Both the position numbers and the translations under genes were made by a program. A DNA stretch of 62,462 nucleotides, filler included. It is 3 parts of 3 records of this genome, joined end to end, with 100 filler letters (N's around TTAATTAATTAA, not from the genome) between each part and the next. Parts side by side here need not be neighbours in the genome. Positions count along the whole stretch, not along the records: positions 21,953 to 52,676 come from SRR22947727_4930; positions 52,777 to 62,462 come from SRR22947727_4955; 1 more part is not named here. The stretch is one strand, 5' to 3'. Below the pieces are notes generated by a model that saw only the letters and a list, made by a program, of their open reading frames with translations, was not told the origin of the DNA and searched no databases. Below, piece after piece: positions 48,336-59,017 of the stretch; the first letter of the stretch is position 1; each line of letters starts with the position of its first letter.

Positions 48336-49175
48336 ATGCTTAAGTCGAAAAATCTTAAAACTATGATCCCTGTTGCAATTTTAGCAGCCGTGGGAATTTT
48401 CATGACGATGATTCTTCCGGGGTGTGCCAGTAGCGGTCGTGGAAAATCGTGGGAGCAGCAGCTTGGAGCTATTCCGCAGGGGCCAACTGATCCCGGCAAG
48501 ATGAGAAAGGAAGTCCGGATCAAAAAGGACATGATTCAAAAAGGCCGTTTTGGTAGACGTCTCGATCGTCCGATGACGCCGCGTTTCATCACGATTCACA
48601 GCACGCAGAATTATACAGGCGATGCGTTTGCTCATGCAAAGGCGCTGAAAAGAGGCGCTCTGAAGGGCGGTGTTTGCGGCTATCTTTGCTGGCATTACAC
48701 GGTCCAGGACAACACGGCGATCCAGCACATTCCAACCAACGAGCGCGGCGAACACGCGGATTTTGATGGTCAGGGAAATCGCGAATCGATCGGGATCGAA
48801 ATGTGTGAGCACAAGGGCAACAACCAGGCGCGAACGATTGATCGCACGGCGAAACTCGCTGCATCTTTGATGATGGAGCACAATATTCCGATTCAAAATA
48901 TAGTTCCGCATTACCATTGGCCGCGGCGGGGATACAGTACGCCGAACAAAAACTGCCCGCACTTCCTGATGGATAAAGGCCAGCCGAAGGCAACGTGGAA
49001 ATGGTTTCAAGATCGTGTGGAAGGTCACTACAACCGACTCGTTGCCTATCAGCAGATGATGCAACAAAAGCAGGTGCCGACGAGCCCGATTCCAATGGCT
49101 CCGTCTGAGATGCAGGTCCGTAATTTTGAGCCGATTGCGCCGCTCCAGCCAGCGCGTCCGCAGTCGCGGGATTGA
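48336..49175 (+). CDS. N-acetylmuramoyl-L-alanine amidase (Amidase_2), probable lipoprotein
   Basis: LPGC lipobox; ITIHST, WHYTV, SIGIEMC, IVPHYHW...KNCP; start uncertain. Confidence 0.85.
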   Translation: MLKSKNLKTMIPVAILAAVGIFMTMILPGCASSGRGKSWEQQLGAIPQGPTDPGKMRKEVRIKKDMIQKGRFGRRLDRPMTPRFITIHSTQNYTGDAFAHAKALKRGALKGGVCGYLCWHYTVQDNTAIQHIPTNERGEHADFDGQGNRESIGIEMCEHKGNNQARTIDRTAKLAASLMMEHNIPIQNIVPHYHWPRRGYSTPNKNCPHFLMDKGQPKATWKWFQDRVEGHYNRLVAYQQMMQQKQVPTSPIPMAPSEMQVRNFEPIAPLQPARPQSRD

Positions 49176-49214
49176 TCCAGAATCCGGCCGGATTAATTTC
49201 TGTTTTTGCGGCCA

Positions 49215-49244
49215 TTGAGTCGTTGACTCAACCCTATTGAGTCG
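49215..49244. repeat. One-and-a-half copy of palindromic unit upstream of pheS
   Basis: TTGAGTCG-T-TGACTCAA-CCCTA-TTGAGTCG. Confidence 0.75.
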
Positions 49245-49259
49245 TTTTTTAGGCGGACC

Positions 49260-50273
49260 ATGCTCGACGCTCTCGAACAACTCAAAAACGATGCCCTCGC
49301 GGAAATTTCCAGCCATTCTACGGAAGCGGAACTGGAAGGCGCTCGCGTAAAATTTCTCGGCAAAAAAGGCCAACTCGCTGCAGCCAGCGGTGGGATGCGT
49401 GATGTCGCAAAGGAAGACAAGCCAGCGGTCGGCGCAAAGCTGAATGAAGTCCGCACCGCGATCACCGAGGCGTTGGACGAGAAAAACACGGCTTTGACCA
49501 ATGCGAAAGATGCAGCGGCTTTTGATGGCATCGACGCCAGTCTGCCGAGCCGCCCGATTCCACAGGGAGCGCTTCATCCACTGACGCAGGTTCAGCACAA
49601 CGCGATTTCGGTACTTCGCCGTATGGGATTCTCGCTCGCGGAAGGGCCCGAAATCGAAACGGAATGGCACTGCTTTGATGCGCTGAACACACCGACTGAT
49701 CACCCCGCTCGAAACGAGAGTGACACGTTCTATTTCGAAAACGGAAAACTGCTGCGGACCCACACTTCATCCGTGCAAGTTCGGACGATGGAAACGACGC
49801 CACCACCGATTCGGATCATTGCTCCGGGAAGCGCGTTTCGCCGGGATGAAGTCGACGCGACTCACCTCCCTGTTTTCAACCAGCTCGAAGGTCTTTACGT
49901 CGATGAAGACGTCACGCTGGCCGATTTGAAAGGAACGCTCGAATTTTTCTTCCAGGAAATGTTCGGCGATGTGGAAGTTCGTTTCCGCCCTCACTTTTTC
50001 CCATTCACCGAACCTAGTTTTGAGGTCGATGTGAAACTCGAAATCAAAGGCCAAGCCGCCAAATGGATCGAGATCGCCGGTTGCGGCATGGTCGATCCTG
50101 CCGTGTTCGACTCCGTCGGAAAAACTCGCGATGACAAGGAGTATTCACCCAAGAAGATCAGCGGCTTCGCATTCGGCATGGGCATCGATCGCCTCGCCAT
50201 GATCACCTACGGAATTCCCGACTTGCGATTACTCATTGAAAACGACGTTCGTTTCCTCGGTCAATTTGCATAA
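49260..50273 (+). CDS. pheS: Phenylalanyl-tRNA synthetase alpha subunit
   Basis: HPAR..SDTFY, LLRTHTSSVQ, FRPHFFPFTEPS, GFAFGMGIDR. Confidence 0.98.
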   Translation: MLDALEQLKNDALAEISSHSTEAELEGARVKFLGKKGQLAAASGGMRDVAKEDKPAVGAKLNEVRTAITEALDEKNTALTNAKDAAAFDGIDASLPSRPIPQGALHPLTQVQHNAISVLRRMGFSLAEGPEIETEWHCFDALNTPTDHPARNESDTFYFENGKLLRTHTSSVQVRTMETTPPPIRIIAPGSAFRRDEVDATHLPVFNQLEGLYVDEDVTLADLKGTLEFFFQEMFGDVEVRFRPHFFPFTEPSFEVDVKLEIKGQAAKWIEIAGCGMVDPAVFDSVGKTRDDKEYSPKKISGFAFGMGIDRLAMITYGIPDLRLLIENDVRFLGQFA

Positions 50274-50294
50274 TTTTTTAGCCCACTTTTAAGA

Positions 50295-52676
50295 ATGAAA
50301 GTTTCACTCAATTGGCTCAATGATCACATCGATCTCTCACAGCATTCCATCGAAGAAATCAGCGACCTGCTGACGTTTTCGGGAATCGAAGTCGAAGAAA
50401 TTCACTCGCTCCCTGATCACTTGGTCGTTGGCGAAATCCTGAAATCCGATAAACATCCTGACGCCGATAAACTTTCGGTTTGTCGCGTGAATGATGGCAC
50501 GGGAACGCCCCGGCAAATTGTCTGCGGCGCGAAAAATTTTAAGGTCGGCGACAAAGTTGCTGTGGCTCTCCCCAGCTGCGTCTTGGATGCGGGCGATGGC
50601 AAAACGTTTGAAATTAAAGAAGGCGTCCTTCGCGGCGTTGAGTCTCACGGAATGATGTGCGCCGCGTCAGAAATCGGACTGACCGATGATGCGGACGGCC
50701 TCATGATTTTGCCGACGGATCTCGTTCCGGGAACGCCAATGGCGCAGGCTTATCCCGCTGTCTTCGTTCTCGAAATCACGCCGAACCGTCCGGATTGCCT
50801 GAGCCATCTTGGAGTCGCGCGCGAGCTTCGGGTTCTCACGAAAAAGGACCTGAAAGGAAAATCTCACTACGGTGGTGTTTCCGCTTCGCCCAAAACAGCG
50901 ACGGATGATGAAATCAAAATCACTTCTGAAAACGCACCGTTTTATACCGGTCGCTGGATTCGCGACGTGAAGGTTGGACCTTCTCCTGATTGGCTGAAGC
51001 AAAAGCTCGAGTCGATTGGTCTGCGTCCGATCAACAACATCGTCGACATCACCAACTACGTGCTCATGGAAATGGGCCAGCCGTTGCATGCGTTTGACCT
51101 CGCGAAATTGAGTGGTGGTATCGAAGTTCGTGATGCGAAAGACGGTGAAGAATTCGTCGCGCTCGATGGCGAAACCTACACGTTGAACAGCGAAAATGTC
51201 GTGATCGCCGATTCCGAAAAAGTGCTCGCACTTGGCGGAGTGATGGGCGGCGACAACTCCGGGGTCACTGAAACCACGACTGACATTTTACTGGAAGCTG
51301 CGTATTTTGAATCCTCTTCGATTCGCCGGACGTCCCGCTCGTTGAATTTGAGCAGTGATTCCAGCTATCGTTTCGAGCGTGGAGTTGACCCGCATCAAAT
51401 CATCGGCGCGTCTGAAATGGCGACCGCATTGATTCTCGAAGTGGCAGGCGGAACAGCGGAAGATTCCATCGTGACTGCCGGCAAGGCGACGTATTCGACT
51501 ATGCCGGTCGGCTTGGATAACGAAAACGTCCGCAAGCTGATGGGCTGCGATATTTCGGAAAAAGAAATCGAATCTACCCTTCATTTACTGGGGATGGATT
51601 CCTTCGGAAAAGATGGAACCTACGCGATGTGGCGCATCCCCACCTATCGTCTCGACCTTGAGCGTGAAGTCGACCTCATCGAAGAAGTGGCTCGTGTCTA
51701 CGGCCTCGACAACGTGCCTTCGAAAATGCGTTCGTGGTTCTCTCCGACGTCGAAAGCGGATACCAGCTACGATTTTACGCGCACGCTGCAAACTCAGCTC
51801 GTCGCGCAGGGATTTTTCGAATCTCGTAATTTGAAGCTCATTTCCGGCGAACAGCTCAAAGATGACGTGGCGACAAACCACCGCGGCATGACGCCGATTC
51901 GGTTGAAAAACCCGCTCAATGATGAGCAGGACTATCTGCGCCCCGGCTTGATTCCCGGTCTTCTCGCTTCCGCCGGACGCAACGTTCGCTTTGGAAATTC
52001 TGACCTCCGACTTTTCGAAAACGGCCGCGTTTTCACGGCAACACCAAAAGGAGCCGAAGTCGAAAACGAGCACCTTGGATTGCTCATGACCGGTGGGATC
52101 AGCCCGAAAAGCTGGCACAACGCCAAACCAACGGCGGCGGATTTATTCGACCTCCGCGCCGTGATCGAAAGGCTCTGTCCTGGAAAAGTCGTTTCATTCG
52201 TGCCGATCGAAGATGAGCGGATGCTTTGCCCCGTTTCGATCGAAATTGGTTCCGGCAAAAAAGCAGCCAAAGTTGGACTCGCAGGCTTCGTTTCGCCCGG
52301 TCGCGCTCGCGATTTTGATCTGGAAGCACCCGTTTCTGTGGCCGAGATCAACTTGAAGAAACTGACGGCCGTATTGAGCGAAGAAGTTAAGTTTGAGGAA
52401 CTTCCAAAATTTCCAGGAAGCTCCCGTGATGTTGCGATGCTCGTTCCCGTGGATTTGCAAAATATCGAGATTGAAAAATTCTTCCAAAATGTGAACGAAC
52501 CGCTCCTTTCGAGTGTCGAATTGTTCGATGTATTTGCTGACTCAAGTGGCGAGAAACTTGCTTCCGATAAGCGGTCACTGGCATATTCATTGCTGTATCG
52601 CTCTCCGGAACGGACGCTCGAAGCTCCAGAAGTTGAAGCGGCACATTCCAAACTTTTAGATTCCCTCAAATTAAAA
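50295..52676 (+). CDS. pheT: Phenylalanyl-tRNA synthetase beta subunit, truncated by contig end
   Basis: HPDADKL, IVCGA, ITPNRPDCLS, SYRFERGVD, REVDLIEEVAR, RDVA, KRSLAY. Confidence 0.97.
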
Positions 52677-52776
52677 NNNNNNNNNNNNNNNNNNNNNNNN
52701 NNNNNNNNNNNNNNNNNNNNTTAATTAATTAANNNNNNNNNNNNNNNNNNNNNNNNNNNNNNNNNNNNNNNNNNNN
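52677..52776. other. Artificial contig linker
   Basis: N44-TTAATTAATTAA-N44. Confidence 0.99.
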
Positions 52777-52803
52777 CTGAGCCAGGATCAAACTCTCAAG
52801 TTG
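52777..52803 (-). rRNA. rrs: 16S rRNA, 5' end only (truncated by contig edge)
   Basis: Reverse complement CAACTTGAGAGTTTGATCCTGGCTCAG contains the universal 27F site; a non-coding leader extends to about 53180. Confidence 0.92.
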
Positions 52804-53184
52804 AAAAGCTGTTACCAGCTTGTCCTTGACGTTCGAACCTATGCACATCGAATAATTGTTCAAATTATTCATCTTCTGTTTATCTGTGCTCAAGGTACCA
52901 AAAGATACCGAAAGCCGACAAACAGTGAAGCTGACACCACATCATCGGATTAAAAACCCTAGTGGCGCGATATGATAGGCAGATCCATCGAAATGAACCA
53001 AACTGCCCACATATCTCTTCAGTTTTCTATCAATGTCAAATAACGTCGAAGACAAATTAACAGATCACGCCATCCTCTCAAATCGCGCAACCCGCCCAAT
53101 ATATCCTCAGAATTCTCTAAGTTCCCACCAAATCTTCCATCCAGCAAGACCACCTTAAACGCCGTAACGCCCTCAGTGAAGGCG

Positions 53185-53213
53185 CTTTTAGAAGCAACAG
53201 ATAACATCCGCAA
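53185..53213 (-). promoter_or_regulatory. rRNA operon promoter
   Basis: TTGCGG-N17-TAAAAG followed by a GC-rich discriminator, with an A-rich tract upstream. Confidence 0.7.
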
Positions 53214-53351
53214 CCCCCTTTCGATAACTATTTATATCTTTTTTTACTTTCATGGAAAATTCTTGATCCAAGACGAACCCGCAAAGCACAATTTCCCATA
53301 AAACACTGCGTTTTTGGGGGGTTCACTGCTTTGCAGACCCCTTAACGACTT

Positions 53352-53981
53352 TTAAAGCGTTGGCGCTTTGGGCTTTCTATCCGCTGCGAAAACACGCCAT
53401 TTTCCAATATCGACCCGCGCCAAAAGTAAAAACAGAATCGATCCTAAGTAAAGAAGCGGTTCGATCTGGAGACCTTTGCGCAGCATCACAAAATGCAGCC
53501 CCCCCAAGATACAGATCCCATAGGTTAGCCGATGCAATTGACGCCATCTTGAACCCAGCCGGCGTTGCGCAACATTATTTGACGTGAGCGCCAAAGGAAT
53601 CAGCCCCAACAGCGCCAGCATCCCAATCGTTATATAAGGGCGTTTCATTATATCCGCCCAAACCCGATTGAGATCCCCAAGATCGAGCAAGGCCCAGGTC
53701 AGAACATGCAGGAGCACGTAGCCAAACGCAATCAATCCAATCGCCCGCCGAAACTTAAACAGGTTGATCCCAAAGATACGGCGCAGCGGTGTAATCGCCA
53801 ACCCAAAAACCAACATTTGCAGCGCAAATTCGCCCAGCAGATGTTCTAATTTCGCAATTGGCTCTGGACCCAGCTCGTTGCGAACACCGAGCATGATAAA
53901 ATAAACACCGGGCGCCGCCCCGATTAAGTATATAAGCCAAACAGAAAGTTTGCGGCTTAAATGATTTATGTGCTCCACCAC
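53352..53981 (-). CDS. msrQ: Protein-methionine-sulfoxide reductase heme-binding subunit MsrQ
   Basis: LAITPLR, RRAIGL, KRPYITIG, LALTS, WRQLHRLTY; GTG start after GAGGGG. Confidence 0.93.
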   Translation of the reverse strand: MVEHINHLSRKLSVWLIYLIGAAPGVYFIMLGVRNELGPEPIAKLEHLLGEFALQMLVFGLAITPLRRIFGINLFKFRRAIGLIAFGYVLLHVLTWALLDLGDLNRVWADIMKRPYITIGMLALLGLIPLALTSNNVAQRRLGSRWRQLHRLTYGICILGGLHFVMLRKGLQIEPLLYLGSILFLLLARVDIGKWRVFAADRKPKAPTL

Positions 53982-54011
53982 GCGCAGATCACCCCTCAAC
54001 TTTCAGGCTTA

Positions 54012-54926
54012 TTAGATAAACTTTGTCAGATCCATGTCCTTATACAGTTCTGCAACATCCTCTTGATAGCCATTGAACATCAATGTGGGCTGGCGTTTGG
54101 CAAACAGGCCTCCTCCGATGCGCCGCTCTGTTGCCTGCGACCAACGCGGGTGATCAACCTGTGGGTTCACATTGCTGTAAAACCCGTATTCCCGCGCATT
54201 CGCCAAAGACCAACTGGTGGGGGGCATCGTATCGGTCAGGGTAATCTTTACGATCGATTTAATTGATTTAAAACCATATTTCCATGGCACCACCAGACGC
54301 AGCGGCGCGCCGTTTTGATTGGGAATTTGTTTCCCGTAAATACCATTTGCCATCAGCGTCAGCGGATGCATTGCCTCATCAAGCCGCAGCCCCTCTACAT
54401 ATGGCCAATCAAGCACTGGATAATTTTGTCCGCGCATCTCTTCGGGCCGGTATAAGGTTTGAAAGGCCACATATTTCGCCTGCGATTGAACCCCTGCCAT
54501 ATTCAAAAGATCCGCCAGTTCGAACCCGTTCCACGGCACCACCATTGACCATGCCTCGACGCAGCGAAACCGGTAAATGCGTTCTTCAATCGTCATCTTT
54601 TGGAGAATATCTTCAAGGTGATATACCGCAGGGCGATCCACCAACCCATTGATTTCCACGCTCCACGGAGTGATGCTTAAAGCGCCTGCATATTTGGCGG
54701 GATCACTTTTTCCCGTACCGAATTCATAGTAATTGTTATAGTTGGTAATATCTTCCCATTCATTCGGCACCAGCTCTTCAGCGCGTTGCGCTGCGCTTGA
54801 CGCAGAGGCCAAACCACCTGCCAACCCAGTCCCCGCCAGACCGGCGAGCAAATGCCTTCTGTTTACAAAAACCTGCTCATCGGTCAACTCCGACTGTTTC
54901 AGATCAGATTTCCAACGATGCCCCAT
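54012..54926 (-). CDS. msrP: Protein-methionine-sulfoxide reductase catalytic subunit MsrP
   Basis: Tat motif [47 protein letters not shown]. Confidence 0.96.
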   Translation of the reverse strand: MGHRWKSDLKQSELTDEQVFVNRRHLLAGLAGTGLAGGLASASSAAQRAEELVPNEWEDITNYNNYYEFGTGKSDPAKYAGALSITPWSVEINGLVDRPAVYHLEDILQKMTIEERIYRFRCVEAWSMVVPWNGFELADLLNMAGVQSQAKYVAFQTLYRPEEMRGQNYPVLDWPYVEGLRLDEAMHPLTLMANGIYGKQIPNQNGAPLRLVVPWKYGFKSIKSIVKITLTDTMPPTSWSLANAREYGFYSNVNPQVDHPRWSQATERRIGGGLFAKRQPTLMFNGYQEDVAELYKDMDLTKFI

Positions 54927-55016
54927 GACAAATCCCTTTTACACAATTTCAATCGTGAACTTAGCGCGTTCCGCAGCATCTTCAAAAAACAACCTTTTTC
55001 ACAAAAACGTGTTGTT

Positions 55017-57635
55017 TTAGTGAAGCACCGCATCCTGCGGCGTCACCGCCATGGGTTTCGCTAGCTGTCCAGCAATCACGAGCCCCGCATCCTCTGCGGA
55101 AATAGGCACCTGCTGATCCTCAGCGATTTCACCAGAGAGCAACAGCTCTGCCAAAGCATCTTGAACATGGCGTTGAAGAACCCGTTTCAGCGGCCGCGCG
55201 CCAAAGCTGGCATCATAGCCATGCTGCGCCAACCAACTTTTGGCCTTCGCATCAACCTCAAGCGAAATATTGCGGCCAGAAAGTCGCGCCTGTAGCCGCG
55301 CAAGCTGAATATCAACGATTGCCCCCATATGCGCAGGCTGCAAGCGGTTGAAGACCACCATTTCATCAAGGCGATTCAAGAATTCAGGCCGAAAATGACC
55401 ACGCACGGCCGCCATCACATCTTCATTCGTCGCAAAGCGATCCTGAGACTCGGGCGCGGCATTCAAGGGTTGCGAGCCCAGATTTGACGTTAGAATGATC
55501 AGCGTTTGCTTAAAATCAACGTGATGGCCCTGACTATCGGTGAGCATCCCCTCATCCATAACCTGCAATAACAGATTAAACACATCCGGATGCGCTTTTT
55601 CCACCTCATCAAACAGCACCACTTGATAGGGCCGTCGGCGCACCGCTTCTGTTAAGACACCGCCCTCTTCATAACCGACATAGCCCGGAGGCGCCCCGAT
55701 AAGGCGCGCAACGGAATGTATTTCCATATATTCCGACATATCGATGCGCACCATCGCGGCATCATCATCAAATAAGAATTGCGCAACGGCTTTCGTCAAT
55801 TCGGTTTTGCCGACTCCCGTCGGGCCCAAAAACAAAAAGGACCCCAAGGGCCGGTTTTCATCATTCAATCCGGCGCGCGCCCGCCGCACCGCGTTTGCGA
55901 CAGCGGCTAAAGCAACATCCTGACCGATCACCCGCTGGCTCAGCGCTGCCTCCATGCGCAGCAACTTATCACGCTCTCCCTCAAGCATCTTGCTGGTGGG
56001 GATGCCCGTCCAACGCTCGACCACCGTGGCGATATGTTCGGGGCGTACCGCCTCTGTGATCAGCGCGCCTGCAGAATCAACGTGCTCGGCATCGGAAAGT
56101 TGCTTTTCCAATTGCGGAATAACCCCGTATGACAATTCACCCGCCCGCGCCAAATCGCTTTGGCGCGTTGCCTGATCCAATTCCGCCCGCGCCCCATCCA
56201 ATTGTTCTTTAATGCTACGCCTGCCAGCCATTTTATCGCGCTCTGCCTGCCATTGCGCGGTAAAAACAGCGCTTTCATCCTGCAGCATCCCCAAAGCTTT
56301 CTCAATATCTGCAAGCCGCGCAAGGGATGCGGCATCATCTTCGCGGCGCAGCGCTTCCACCTCGATTTGCTTTTGCAAAATTTCGCGATCAAGCGCGTCT
56401 AAGTTTTCCGGCTTGCTGTCAACTTGCATCCGCAACCGGCTGGCCGCCTCATCCATCAAATCAATGGCTTTATCAGGTAAAAACCGATCTGTGATATACC
56501 GGCTAGACAACGTGGCGGCTGCAACCAGCGCCGAATCGGAAATACGCACGCCATGATGCAACTCATATTTCTCCTTGATTCCGCGCAAAATGCTAACGGT
56601 GTCTTCCAAGGTTGGTTCGCTGACCATAAGCGGCTGAAAACGCCGCGCCAGCGCGGCATCTTTTTCAACATATTGCCGGTATTCATTCAATGTGGTGGCA
56701 CCAATGCAATGCAACTCACCGCGCGCCAGCGCTGGCTTAATCATATTCGCCGCATCCATGGCGCCATCCGCCTTACCAGCCCCGATTAAAGTGTGCATTT
56801 CATCGATGAACAAAATGATCTCGCCCGCTGCGGCGGTGATTTCCTTTAAAATTGCAGTCAGGCGCTCTTCAAATTCGCCGCGATATTTGGCACCTGCAAT
56901 CAAAGCCCCCAAATCCAACGCCATCAGACGTTTATTCTGCAAAGATTCGGGCACATCACCGTTCACAATGCGCAAGGCCAAGCCTTCGGCGATGGCAGTT
57001 TTGCCAACGCCGGGATCGCCGATCAAAACCGGGTTGTTTTTGGTGCGCCGCGACAGCACTTGCATCGCGCGCCGAATCTCTTCATCGCGCCCAATGATGG
57101 GATCGATGCCGCCAGAGCGGGCGCGCTCAGTCAGATCCAACGCATATTTATCCAAAGCTTCAAAACCATCTTCGGCATGCGCGCTTTCTGCAGTGCGCCC
57201 TTGACGCATCTCTGCAACCGCGCGGGTCAGGCTTTGAGCCGTCACGCCCCCTGCCACCAACACGGCCTGCGCCGGTGATTTCACCAAAGCCAAACCCACA
57301 AGAAGGCGCTCAACAGTGACAAAGCGATCCTGGGCTTTTTGTGCCTGATTCTGCGCCTCTGAAAGCACTTTTACAACGCTGCCATCCAGTTTTAACTGCC
57401 CCGACTCGCCCGAAACTTTTGGTAATTTTCTGAGTTCAGCCTCGACAGCAGTGGCGATAGCCGCAGGGCGCCCTTGCGCCCGCTCGATCAGATTGCGCGT
57501 TAATCCTTCGGGGTCATCCATCAAAGCTTTCAATAAATGTACCGGCATAAACCGTTGATGATCTTGCACCGTCGCTAGGGTTTGCGCATTTTGAATAACC
57601 CCGCGTGCGCGTTCCGTGAACTTGCTTAAGTCCAT
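55017..57635 (-). CDS. clpB: ATP-dependent chaperone ClpB
   Basis: [18 protein letters not shown], coiled-coil middle domain, [24 protein letters not shown]; start ATG 57635 after AGGAG. Confidence 0.97.
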   Translation of the reverse strand: MDLSKFTERARGVIQNAQTLATVQDHQRFMPVHLLKALMDDPEGLTRNLIERAQGRPAAIATAVEAELRKLPKVSGESGQLKLDGSVVKVLSEAQNQAQKAQDRFVTVERLLVGLALVKSPAQAVLVAGGVTAQSLTRAVAEMRQGRTAESAHAEDGFEALDKYALDLTERARSGGIDPIIGRDEEIRRAMQVLSRRTKNNPVLIGDPGVGKTAIAEGLALRIVNGDVPESLQNKRLMALDLGALIAGAKYRGEFEERLTAILKEITAAAGEIILFIDEMHTLIGAGKADGAMDAANMIKPALARGELHCIGATTLNEYRQYVEKDAALARRFQPLMVSEPTLEDTVSILRGIKEKYELHHGVRISDSALVAAATLSSRYITDRFLPDKAIDLMDEAASRLRMQVDSKPENLDALDREILQKQIEVEALRREDDAASLARLADIEKALGMLQDESAVFTAQWQAERDKMAGRRSIKEQLDGARAELDQATRQSDLARAGELSYGVIPQLEKQLSDAEHVDSAGALITEAVRPEHIATVVERWTGIPTSKMLEGERDKLLRMEAALSQRVIGQDVALAAVANAVRRARAGLNDENRPLGSFLFLGPTGVGKTELTKAVAQFLFDDDAAMVRIDMSEYMEIHSVARLIGAPPGYVGYEEGGVLTEAVRRRPYQVVLFDEVEKAHPDVFNLLLQVMDEGMLTDSQGHHVDFKQTLIILTSNLGSQPLNAAPESQDRFATNEDVMAAVRGHFRPEFLNRLDEMVVFNRLQPAHMGAIVDIQLARLQARLSGRNISLEVDAKAKSWLAQHGYDASFGARPLKRVLQRHVQDALAELLLSGEIAEDQQVPISAEDAGLVIAGQLAKPMAVTPQDAVLH

Positions 57636-57717
57636 CGCACTCTCCTTTACTAAAGCGCCTATTACGTCAAACACCCGGCTTTCGGCATATTTACACATCA
57701 GGCCTTTCTGAGATGTG

Positions 57718-57746
57718 ATATGGGCAATCGACCAATTGGTTTCAAG
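57718..57746 (-). promoter_or_regulatory. Candidate RpoH (sigma32) promoter for clpB
   Basis: CTTGAA-N16-CCCATAT upstream of a heat-shock gene. Confidence 0.6.
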
Positions 57747-57863
57747 AAAACTCAGTTTATTTTACTGATGAGGCGTTACAAGCGATGCCGATCACGGGTC
57801 AATGGCTTGACGGCAAGCCCATGCCAAGCTTAGACCCGCAACAACCCAAAAAGGACCAAAATA

Positions 57864-58562
57864 ATGCCAGATTCCAGATTAATTGTTGCCCTTGATGTTC
57901 CCGATGCGCTTGCCGGATTGGCCTTGGCGCAAAAACTTGGCGATCAGGTGGGATTTTATAAAATTGGGCTGGGCATGTTGACAGGGGGCGGTTTGGCGCT
58001 GGCCAATGAATTGAAGCAAGAGCACGGCAAACAGATCTTCCTTGATATGAAGCTGTTCGATATTTCAGCAACGATCGAACATGCCACGCACGGATTGGCG
58101 CAATATGATATTGATTTTTTGACCGTTCATGGGGATCCGCATGTGGTCAGAGCGGCAAAAGCAGGGGCCGCGGGCAAGAATTTGAAGATTCTTGCCGTGA
58201 CAATCCTTACATCGCTTGATCGCGCAGATTTAGATGCTTGTATGATAAAAGGCGGCGCCATTTCCGATCTTGTCATCGAACGGGCCACCCGCGCATTCGA
58301 CGCTGGCGCCGATGGGGTTATTGCCTCTCCGCAAGAAGCTGCTTTGATCCGCAGCCTTCCGATCAGCGCTGGTAAATTAATCGTCACGCCAGGCGTGCGC
58401 CCAACTGGCGCTGCTCTGGGGGATCAAAAGCGCGTCATGACACCCGCTGAGGCGATTGCCGGCGGCGCCGATCATCTGGTGATTGGCCGGCCGATTACCG
58501 CAGCCAACGATCCCGCAGCGGCCGCAGCGGCAATTCTCGCTGAAATCGAAGGCATAAAATGA
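57864..58562 (+). CDS. pyrF: Orotidine-5'-phosphate decarboxylase
   Basis: LIVALD, FLDMKLFDI, AVTILTS, VTPGVRP, DQKR, VIGRPI. Confidence 0.96.
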   Translation: MPDSRLIVALDVPDALAGLALAQKLGDQVGFYKIGLGMLTGGGLALANELKQEHGKQIFLDMKLFDISATIEHATHGLAQYDIDFLTVHGDPHVVRAAKAGAAGKNLKILAVTILTSLDRADLDACMIKGGAISDLVIERATRAFDAGADGVIASPQEAALIRSLPISAGKLIVTPGVRPTGAALGDQKRVMTPAEAIAGGADHLVIGRPITAANDPAAAAAAILAEIEGIK

Positions 58563-58590
58563 AAAACCCCGCCAAGATGGCCGGGCGTTT
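58562..58590. terminator. Possible bidirectional terminator between pyrF and the L36 gene
   Basis: Imperfect GC-rich hairpin flanked by A and T runs (AAAAACCCCGCC-AAGAT-GGCCGGGCGTTT). Confidence 0.4.
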
Positions 58591-58614
58591 CGAAAGCTTA
58601 CTGACCCTGTGGGT

Positions 58615-58740
58615 TCAGCCCTGACGGGCTTTGAACCGAGGTTGCGTCTTGTTAATGACGTATACGCGGCCTTTGCGGCGCACGACACGACAGTCGCGGT
58701 GACGCTGCTTCAGCGAGCGGAGTGAGTTTTTGACCTTCAT
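58615..58740 (-). CDS. rpmJ: 50S ribosomal protein L36, type B (zinc-free)
   Basis: [41 protein letters not shown], with AGGAG upstream. Confidence 0.95.
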   Translation of the reverse strand: MKVKNSLRSLKQRHRDCRVVRRKGRVYVINKTQPRFKARQG

Positions 58741-58814
58741 GGCATTCTCCTTCAATCGCGGCGCGTCTTTGCGCCAGTTGCTGTTGACCCCATAATGAGG
58801 GGCCGTGAAACCCG

Positions 58815-58889
<75 letters not shown>

Positions 58890-58948
58890 GTCTTGGCGAT
58901 GCGCGCAGCACCAAAAAACGGAGCGCGGAAAGCCGCGCCGGTGGAGGG

Positions 58949-58977
58949 TCTATAAAAGGTTGGTTGCGCGGGATCAA
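58949..58977 (-). promoter_or_regulatory. Candidate promoter for tRNA-Val/L36
   Basis: TTGATC-N17-TATAGA upstream of the tRNA. Confidence 0.55.
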
Positions 58978-59017
58978 GGGCTTTTGCAATTCTCTATTTT
59001 TAAGCTATCCTGAACCC

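Noticed and set aside
361-49244. Palindromic repeat family interpreted as CRISPR repeats or integron attC sites
   Set aside because: Copies are dispersed kilobases apart with no regular spacers, no cas or integrase gene, and no RYYYAAC/GTTRRRY ends.
48381-49763. Long antisense ORFs (for example 48381-49763, 14599-15537, 19305-20201, 27866-28711)
   Set aside because: Each lies opposite a well-supported gene and has no recognisable motifs; these are shadow ORFs.
58598-58618. ACCCTGTGGGTTCA resembling the right half of the palindromic unit, in contig 3
   Set aside because: No left arm or doublet spacing, and the contig appears to be from another organism; treated as chance.
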